Assembly (NCBI GenBank): GCA_045563055.1 | Contig: JBJKUR010000008.1 | Coordinates: forward strand, 64,525 to 128,524 | Direction of reading: 5' to 3' | Length of the DNA stretch: 64,000 bases | Origin: Alphaproteobacteria bacterium | Lineage (GTDB): Bacteria > Pseudomonadota > Alphaproteobacteria > Methylaequorales > Methylaequoraceae | Part shown: positions 57,954-64,000 of the stretch, one piece after another | Layout: each line of letters starts with the position of its first letter | Position numbering within the stretch: the first letter of the stretch is position 1 | Notes under the pieces: generated by a model | Told to the model about the DNA's origin: nothing | Databases searched by the model: none | Seen by the model: only the letters and a program-made list of their open reading frames with translations | Made by a program: the position numbers and the translations under genes

Positions 57954-59172
57954 TATTAAAGATTATAATAAATATCTGTTTTATAAAAAAAAAGATTTGT
58001 TTTTTGAAAACTTCTCAATAGAAAAAGTAGCAAAAAAATATAAGACCCCTTTTTTTTGTTACTCTGTTTCTCAAATAGAAGATAACTTTAACATTCTAAA
58101 AGATTCTTTTAGTGTTGTTAAACCCTTAATATGTTATGCCATGAAAGCTAATTATAATTCAGAAATAATATCTATTTTATCAAAATTAGGAGCAGGTGTA
58201 GATGTTGTATCTATGGGAGAATTAAATAAAGCAATTCTTAACGGAGTTGATGAAAATAAAATTGTTTTTTCCGGAGTCGGAAAAACCAAAGAAGAGATAG
58301 AGTTTGCAATTAAAAAAAAAATAAAACAATTAAATGTTGAAAGTAAAGAGGAGCTAGAGGATATAAATCTTATCTGCACGAAACTAGGATGTAAAGTCAA
58401 TGTTTGTCTTAGAATAAACCCCGACGTAAGTGCTGATACACACGATAAAATTTCCACTGGCAGGTCCGAAGATAAGTTTGGAATACCAAATGATCAGGTA
58501 GAATCAATTTTTAAAAAATACAAAAATCATCAATTGATTAAAATTATAGGTCTATCTGTTCACATTGGATCACAAATACAATCTATGCAACCATTCAAAA
58601 ACGCTTTTACCAAAGTTAAAAATTCAGTAATAAACCTTAATAAAAATGGTTTCAGGATAAAATCATTAGATCTCGGTGGTGGAATTGGTATCAAATATAA
58701 TAAAAATAATAAATTAATTAATTTAAAATCATATGCCAGACTTATTGAAAAGTTATTTTCTGATTTGAAAGTAGAAATAATTATTGAACCTGGGAGGTTC
58801 TTGGTTGGTCAATCGGGTATAATAGTTTCAAGAATTATTAGAATTAAAAATGAGAAAAATAAAGCCTTCCTTATAATTGATGCTGGTATGAATAATTTAA
58901 TAAGACCAGCTTTATACAATGCTACGCATAATATAATTCCTGTGAAATTAAAAAATATAGCTAAGGTAAACTACGATGTTGTTGGACCAATTTGCGAAAC
59001 AAGTGATTCTTTTGTTAAAAATTTAAAAATACAAAAATTTAACAATGATGATTTAGTAGTTATTTGTTCAACAGGTGCATATGGATCATGCATGTCATCA
59101 AAGTACAATTTAAGAGGTGAAGCTGAAGAATTATTTATTAAAAAAAGTAAAATAAAAGTTGTTAAGAGTTAG
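57946..59172 (+). CDS. lysA: diaminopimelate decarboxylase
   Basis: ..ICYAMKANYNSEII.. (PLP-Lys), ..LDLGGGIGI.. and ..EPGR..VGPICETSD.. motifs of group IV decarboxylases. Confidence 0.9.
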   Translation: MINIKDYNKYLFYKKKDLFFENFSIEKVAKKYKTPFFCYSVSQIEDNFNILKDSFSVVKPLICYAMKANYNSEIISILSKLGAGVDVVSMGELNKAILNGVDENKIVFSGVGKTKEEIEFAIKKKIKQLNVESKEELEDINLICTKLGCKVNVCLRINPDVSADTHDKISTGRSEDKFGIPNDQVESIFKKYKNHQLIKIIGLSVHIGSQIQSMQPFKNAFTKVKNSVINLNKNGFRIKSLDLGGGIGIKYNKNNKLINLKSYARLIEKLFSDLKVEIIIEPGRFLVGQSGIIVSRIIRIKNEKNKAFLIIDAGMNNLIRPALYNATHNIIPVKLKNIAKVNYDVVGPICETSDSFVKNLKIQKFNNDDLVVICSTGAYGSCMSSKYNLRGEAEELFIKKSKIKVVKS

Positions 59173-59805
59173 ATGGAAGAACTTTTTTTATTAGATAATG
59201 TTTGTATAATTTCCAAAAAAAAAAGGATTATGAATTTAAATATAAAAGTTAATGTTGGGGACTTTTTAGTTATAAAAGGGTCGAATGCAACCGGAAAGTC
59301 GCTGCTACTAAAGTTATTTTACTTGAAAGTACTTCCATCTTCGGGAACCCTTTATGTAGGAGGAAAAAAAATTTCTAGTGAATCTAAAAAAAATATTATT
59401 GAACTGAGAAGAAGAATGGGGGTAATCCTTCAAAATGATTATTTAATTCCATTTTTCTCGGTATTTCAAAATATTGAATTAGCAAGTCAAATTCAACAAT
59501 CAAGACAAAGCTTTATGGAGCGAATGAGTCAAATTTCTAGTTGGCTGGAATTAGATAAGATCAAAGATGAAAAAATAAACAGTTTGTCAAATAGTCAAAA
59601 GCAAAAGGTTGTTATAGCTAGAGCTTTGATTAATAATCCTAGAATTATTTTAGCTGATCAACCAGAGACTTATCTTGATGAAAACTCTAATAAAAAATTT
59701 TTCTTTCTTCTTGAGTCGCTAAGTAAATTGGGGACAACAATAATCATGACGTCAAACAATAAAAAGACTATTTCTATTGATTATAGAACCCTGGAGTTAC
59801 AATAA
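59173..59805 (+). CDS. ftsE: FtsE-like ABC ATPase with degenerate catalytic motifs
   Basis: Walker A GSNATGKS is intact. The signature is LSNSQKQKV (versus LSGGQ), Walker B is ILADQPE (Gln where the catalytic Glu sits), and the H-loop position reads TSN. Followed directly by the FtsX-like permease. Confidence 0.65.
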   Translation: MEELFLLDNVCIISKKKRIMNLNIKVNVGDFLVIKGSNATGKSLLLKLFYLKVLPSSGTLYVGGKKISSESKKNIIELRRRMGVILQNDYLIPFFSVFQNIELASQIQQSRQSFMERMSQISSWLELDKIKDEKINSLSNSQKQKVVIARALINNPRIILADQPETYLDENSNKKFFFLLESLSKLGTTIIMTSNNKKTISIDYRTLELQ

Positions 59806-60705
59806 ATGATTGTGGTTCAAGAAAGTCTAAAAAAATTACTTATAAAAAATCAAGATAAGTTTTTTCATGGATTGTCTTTTGTAATAATAAGCCTAATAAC
59901 TATCCATATAGCAGTATACTTTAATTTTTATAAATTTTCTAATAATTGGATTCAGTCCGAGTCAGCAAAAACAACTTTTATAATAAGTAATTTTTCTCAA
60001 GAAAAAAAAATACCTTTGAATGTTACTGAAAGAATTGAAAGATTCTTATCAGAAAACTCTGATGAGCTAAGATTTACAATTATCGATAAAAATTTAATAA
60101 AGTCTGGTTTAGGATTAGCAAATTTTAGTGATACAACGGGACTGAGGCTACCATTTATTTTTCAAATTGAAACTAAAGATCAAGAATTAGTTGATAAAAT
60201 CTATAATAGAGTAATTACAATTTCTGAAAACAGAGTTACAGAAAAATACTCCCACAAAGATGAGCTTTATGAAATAACTTCCTTATTTAATAGAATAAAA
60301 TTAATAATTTTTATGATGACTATTGTGATAGTAACTTTGTTCTCTTTCTTAGTGATTAATGTTGTAAATGCAGCTTTAATTGGAAACTTTAAATTTGTGG
60401 AGATGCTCCAGATTATGGGTGCGAGTAGTTTTGAATTAGCAAAGAATATCTCTCAGAGTTTGATAAAAAAGTTAATACCAGGAGCTGTCCTTAGTGTTTT
60501 ATTCGTTTATTTAGTAAGCACTTTCTTGATGAAACTCTTTGGTTCTAATTTTGATTTCTTTGATTCATCTTTTTTTCTTGAGACAAATATAATGACCCTG
60601 CTTGTATTAATAATTTTTATTGTGATATTTTTAGTGTTATTATTATTTTTTTTAATGTCTTATTCATTTTATTTTTTTGAGAAAAGATTTTTTGATAAAG
60701 TTTAA
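59806..60705 (+). CDS. ftsX: FtsX-like cell-division permease
   Basis: N-terminal TM, a periplasmic domain of about 130 aa, then three C-terminal TM helices. Its start abuts the ftsE stop. Confidence 0.7.
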   Translation: MIVVQESLKKLLIKNQDKFFHGLSFVIISLITIHIAVYFNFYKFSNNWIQSESAKTTFIISNFSQEKKIPLNVTERIERFLSENSDELRFTIIDKNLIKSGLGLANFSDTTGLRLPFIFQIETKDQELVDKIYNRVITISENRVTEKYSHKDELYEITSLFNRIKLIIFMMTIVIVTLFSFLVINVVNAALIGNFKFVEMLQIMGASSFELAKNISQSLIKKLIPGAVLSVLFVYLVSTFLMKLFGSNFDFFDSSFFLETNIMTLLVLIIFIVIFLVLLLFFLMSYSFYFFEKRFFDKV

Positions 60706-61270
60706 TAAATTTTTAATCTTTCTAATTTTTGTTAATATAATTCTATTTTTATGGTGGTTAGTTATATTATTCAATATTTTTCCAAAAAAGCTTTATAACT
60801 CTGACAATCTTTCACTAAATAATGAATCAGCAATTATTGTCTTAACAGGTGGAAAAGGAAGAATTGAAAAAGGTGTTGAATTATTTGAGAAAGGATTTGG
60901 CAAGTACTTATTTATTTCTGGAGTTTTTGAGGAATCGGAATTTGAAATAAAGAGTAGTTTAGATTCAAAATTGTTAAATCAAAGGTGCTGCATAATTTTA
61001 GATAAAAATGCAAGTAATACTTTTGAAAATGCGAGAGAAGTAAAAGAATGGACATCGAGAAATAGTGATATTGAAAAATTAATTTTAGTCAGTTCTTACT
61101 ATCATTTGCCTAGAAGTTATTTAATTTTTACTAATATAATTAAAGATAAATCCATTGTGATGATATCTGTAAATGAAAGTATTAAGTTTGATAAAAATAT
61201 ATTTTTTCACATTAAATTAATTGTTATAGAGTACTTCAAAGTTATATATACACTATTCTTTTTCCTATGA
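60677..61270 (+). CDS. DUF218/YdcF-family (ElyC/SanA-like) protein
   Basis: N-terminal TM, then AIIVLTGGKGRIEKGVELFEKGFGKYLFISG and ..LVSSYYHLPRS... TTG start in the track. Confidence 0.7.
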   Translation: MRKDFLIKFNKFLIFLIFVNIILFLWWLVILFNIFPKKLYNSDNLSLNNESAIIVLTGGKGRIEKGVELFEKGFGKYLFISGVFEESEFEIKSSLDSKLLNQRCCIILDKNASNTFENAREVKEWTSRNSDIEKLILVSSYYHLPRSYLIFTNIIKDKSIVMISVNESIKFDKNIFFHIKLIVIEYFKVIYTLFFFL

Positions 61271-61953
61271 GCATCATTAGAAGTATAATATTCTACTCAC
61301 TTTTTTACTTAGGAACGTCTATTTATTTTATTTTGTTTTCACCTGTTAGAATTTTTAGTACAAAGTTTGTAATTAGACTTTCGTTTATTTGGACAACTTC
61401 TGTAATAAGATTAGCAAAAATAGTATTAAAGATTGACTATTCTATAATAGGGAGAGAAAATATTCCAACAACAGGTCCATTTATTGTTGCGAGCAATCAT
61501 CAATCAGCTTGGGAAACCTTTTTCTTTGGTTCTTTTTTTCCTGGATCAGTTTTTATCTTAAAACATGAATTAAAAAAAATACCAATTTTTTCTCAGTATT
61601 TTAAGAAACTAGGTTTTATATTTATAAAGAGAGAGAAAAAGATCAACTCCTTAAAAAATGCATTGAATTCTATTAGAAAGTTATTGGAAGAGAAAAAAAA
61701 AGTTTTTGTAATTTTTCCCGAAGGAACAAGACTAAAACCTGGTGAGACAATCAAGTTAAATTCAGGAGTGTTTGCGATACACAAGTTATTCAAAATTCCA
61801 ATTTTACCTGTAAAACTGAACTCTGGAGAGATGTGGATTAACAAATCTCTTTCAAAGAAAGATGGGGATATTAAAATAAGATTTTTTCCTGTAATTAAGA
61901 ATAAAGAGAATAAAGAGGAAGTAATGAAAATATTAGAGAAAATTTACTATTGA
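61267..61953 (+). CDS. plsC: 1-acyl-sn-glycerol-3-phosphate acyltransferase
   Basis: VASNHQSAWETFFF (H-x4-acidic block I) and VIFPEGTR (block III). Confidence 0.85.
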   Translation: MSIIRSIIFYSLFYLGTSIYFILFSPVRIFSTKFVIRLSFIWTTSVIRLAKIVLKIDYSIIGRENIPTTGPFIVASNHQSAWETFFFGSFFPGSVFILKHELKKIPIFSQYFKKLGFIFIKREKKINSLKNALNSIRKLLEEKKKVFVIFPEGTRLKPGETIKLNSGVFAIHKLFKIPILPVKLNSGEMWINKSLSKKDGDIKIRFFPVIKNKENKEEVMKILEKIYY

Positions 61954-61961
61954 TTATCTCG

Positions 61962-62828
61962 TTAAATCTCTTTTTTTAAAATACTTTTTCTAATTAATTT
62001 TGTCCTTTTTAATAGTGTAAAAAGATCATCTGTTTTATTTTTTTTAATTAAAATATTTAACTTCGAAATATCATTTAAAAAAAGATCCAAAGTGTCTGTA
62101 ATATGTTTTTTGTTTTTAATAAATATGTCAGTCCACATTCTAGGGTCAGATGAGCCAATCCTAGTAAAGTCTTTAAAACCTCCAGCTGCAAAATTTATAA
62201 GTTTATTTTTATTTTTAATATTAAGATTAAATGCCGTTCCAACAATTGTAAATGCAATAAGATGAGGTAAGTGCGACGTTATAGACATAATTTTATCATG
62301 CTCCTTCATAGTCATCAAAGAGACCCTCATTCCAATTTTTTTCCATAGATCTGCTATAAGTTTTAACGATTTCTTTTGGTTGTTTACTGGCGTCAAAATG
62401 CACCATTTCTTTTTAAAAAGATCTACTTGCGCATTTACAGCTCCAGAATGTTCAGTTCCTGCAATAGGGTGACCAGGAACAAGGAGATATTTTTGCTTAC
62501 TTAGTTCTAAAATACGTTTGGAGAATATATTTTTAACAGATCCTACATCGGATAAAATTTGACTGGGAAGGGTGTACTTTGCAAGTTCTTCTATTATTTC
62601 ATTTATACAACCCACTGGTGTGCAAATAAAAATAATCTCACTCTTTTGAACTTTGATATCAATTAACTTTCTGTCTTCATCGATAGCTTTGATTTTAAGC
62701 GCATCATTAAGATTTTTCTGTGATTGATCAATCCCAACAATTCTTTTTGATATTTTTTTTTCTTTTAAGGCTAAAGCTAAAGAGGCTCCAATTAGGCCTG
62801 GACCTATTATAGTTATTTCATTAAACAT
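61962..62828 (-). CDS. tyrA: prephenate/arogenate dehydrogenase
   Basis: ITIIGPGLIGASLALALK (NAD fold), ..GHPIAGTEHSG.. and ..SHLPHLIAF... Confidence 0.85.
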   Translation of the reverse strand: MFNEITIIGPGLIGASLALALKEKKISKRIVGIDQSQKNLNDALKIKAIDEDRKLIDIKVQKSEIIFICTPVGCINEIIEELAKYTLPSQILSDVGSVKNIFSKRILELSKQKYLLVPGHPIAGTEHSGAVNAQVDLFKKKWCILTPVNNQKKSLKLIADLWKKIGMRVSLMTMKEHDKIMSITSHLPHLIAFTIVGTAFNLNIKNKNKLINFAAGGFKDFTRIGSSDPRMWTDIFIKNKKHITDTLDLFLNDISKLNILIKKNKTDDLFTLLKRTKLIRKSILKKEI

Positions 62829-62832
62829 AATG

Positions 62833-63933
62833 TTAATCTTGGATCACTTTTTTTAATTCACTAAGAAATTTTTTTATATTTGGTGAACTTCCTATCGAAA
62901 CTCTAAAATAATCATCTAACCCGTAATTATCTAAATTTCTCACAATAATTTTTTTTTTATATAACAGTTTAATGATTTTATCTTTAGAAAATTTTAACGG
63001 ATCTACTTTTACTAGAACAAAGTTTGCATAAGTTTCATAAGATTTGAGACCAAGTGAATTAATTTTTTTAGGAAGAATGGCTCTCCATTTGTTGTTATGT
63101 TTAATTGATTTATCTAAAAATTTTTTTTCTTTAAGTATTGCAATCCCAATTTTTTGAGCGATAGAATTTACATTAAATGGTCCTCTAACTTTCTCAAGAA
63201 GCTCTACAATTTGTAAATTTGAATAGCCCCAACCAAGTCTAAGTCCAGCAAGTGCAAATATTTTTGAGAAAGTACGTGTCACTATCAAATTTTGATATTT
63301 ATTGATAAGGTCAGTTCCATCAGAATATTTATTGTCGGTTATAAACTCAGAATAAGCACCGTCTAGAACTACAATGATATTTTTAGGTACCTTATCTAGG
63401 AAATTTTTTAATTCATTTCTTAAAATTATAGTACCAGTTGGGTTATTAGGATTTGCAATAAAAATAATTTTTGTATTTTCTGTAATTTTATCCAGTATAT
63501 TTTTACAAGAAATTTTTAGGTTTTCAGATTTTGCGGTTATTACCTTACAACCAGCCGCACGGGCAATTATAGGATAGTAGATGAAGCCAAATTCACTGCA
63601 TATTATTTCAGAATTTTGAGTGGAAAATGTTTGTGCTATTACAGAAAGAATATCATCAGACCCATTCCCGCAGATTATGTTTTTTGCAGATAATGAGAAT
63701 TTTTCTGCAATTTTTTGTTTTAGTTCAAGTGCATCTCCATCTGGGTAAAGATTGGAGGATTTAATCAAGTCCAATGATCCTTTAAATACTTTGTTAGGAA
63801 CTTTAAAAGGTGATTCATTGGATGATAGTTTAATTATTTTAGAGAAACCATCTAATTTAGATTTCCCTGGAAGATACTTTTCAATCTCATTAATAGAAGG
63901 TTTTGTTAAAGTTTCGAGACTAAAATTAACCAT
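62833..63933 (-). CDS. hisC: histidinol-phosphate aminotransferase
   Basis: ..LSSNESPF.., ..NPNNPTG.. and the PLP-Lys region RTFSKIFALAGLRLGW. Confidence 0.9.
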   Translation of the reverse strand: MVNFSLETLTKPSINEIEKYLPGKSKLDGFSKIIKLSSNESPFKVPNKVFKGSLDLIKSSNLYPDGDALELKQKIAEKFSLSAKNIICGNGSDDILSVIAQTFSTQNSEIICSEFGFIYYPIIARAAGCKVITAKSENLKISCKNILDKITENTKIIFIANPNNPTGTIILRNELKNFLDKVPKNIIVVLDGAYSEFITDNKYSDGTDLINKYQNLIVTRTFSKIFALAGLRLGWGYSNLQIVELLEKVRGPFNVNSIAQKIGIAILKEKKFLDKSIKHNNKWRAILPKKINSLGLKSYETYANFVLVKVDPLKFSKDKIIKLLYKKKIIVRNLDNYGLDDYFRVSIGSSPNIKKFLSELKKVIQD

Positions 63934-64000
63934 AAAAGATTCATCCGAAATAAATTTATTTTGACTACTTATTCAACATAGTTATGATGCGATTTAAGTC

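Noticed and set aside
1-64000. Searched by eye for CRISPR arrays, rRNA genes, IS elements/transposases, integrases, toxin-antitoxin pairs and recognisable defence systems.
   Set aside because: I saw no regularly spaced direct repeats, no rRNA-like conserved blocks, and no DDE/tyrosine/serine recombinase motifs in any ORF. The single HNH protein (46205..46765) sits among core genes with no partner genes, so I do not call it a defence system.

Overview
Very AT-rich (about 28-30% GC by eye), tightly packed bacterial chromosome segment. The gene content resembles a streamlined marine or freshwater alphaproteobacterium (Pelagibacterales-like); this is inference from composition and gene content only. 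Layout: (i) 1-3.9 kb holds envelope and membrane genes: two DedA-superfamily proteins, one orphan gene and an MlaC-like protein. (ii) About 4.2-35.0 kb is a large cell-surface glycan island. It carries two nonulosonic-acid (sialic-acid-like) pathways (two NeuB-type synthases, two cytidylyltransferases). It also carries formyl- and acetamidino-type tailoring enzymes, methyltransferases, three O-acyltransferase systems (one apparently split) and a B12-radical-SAM/SDR/dioxygenase/methyltransferase cassette. (iii) 35.2-42.2 kb holds tesA/ybbA/ybbP-like genes and a circularly-permuted-ATP-grasp/alpha-E/transglutaminase operon whose leader looks like a glutamine (glnA-motif) riboswitch. (iv) 42.3-44.3 kb holds tRNA-Leu(CAA) followed by two decayed direct copies of its 3' half, which bracket two single-gene inserts. 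(v) 44.4-64 kb is core metabolism: an ethylmalonyl-CoA pathway module (ecm, ccr, mcd, PduO-type adenosyltransferase, etfBA), then argH, lysA, ftsEX, plsC, tyrA and hisC. I saw no rRNA, CRISPR array, transposase or integrase. All protein calls rest on motifs read by eye in the supplied translations; no database search was possible.
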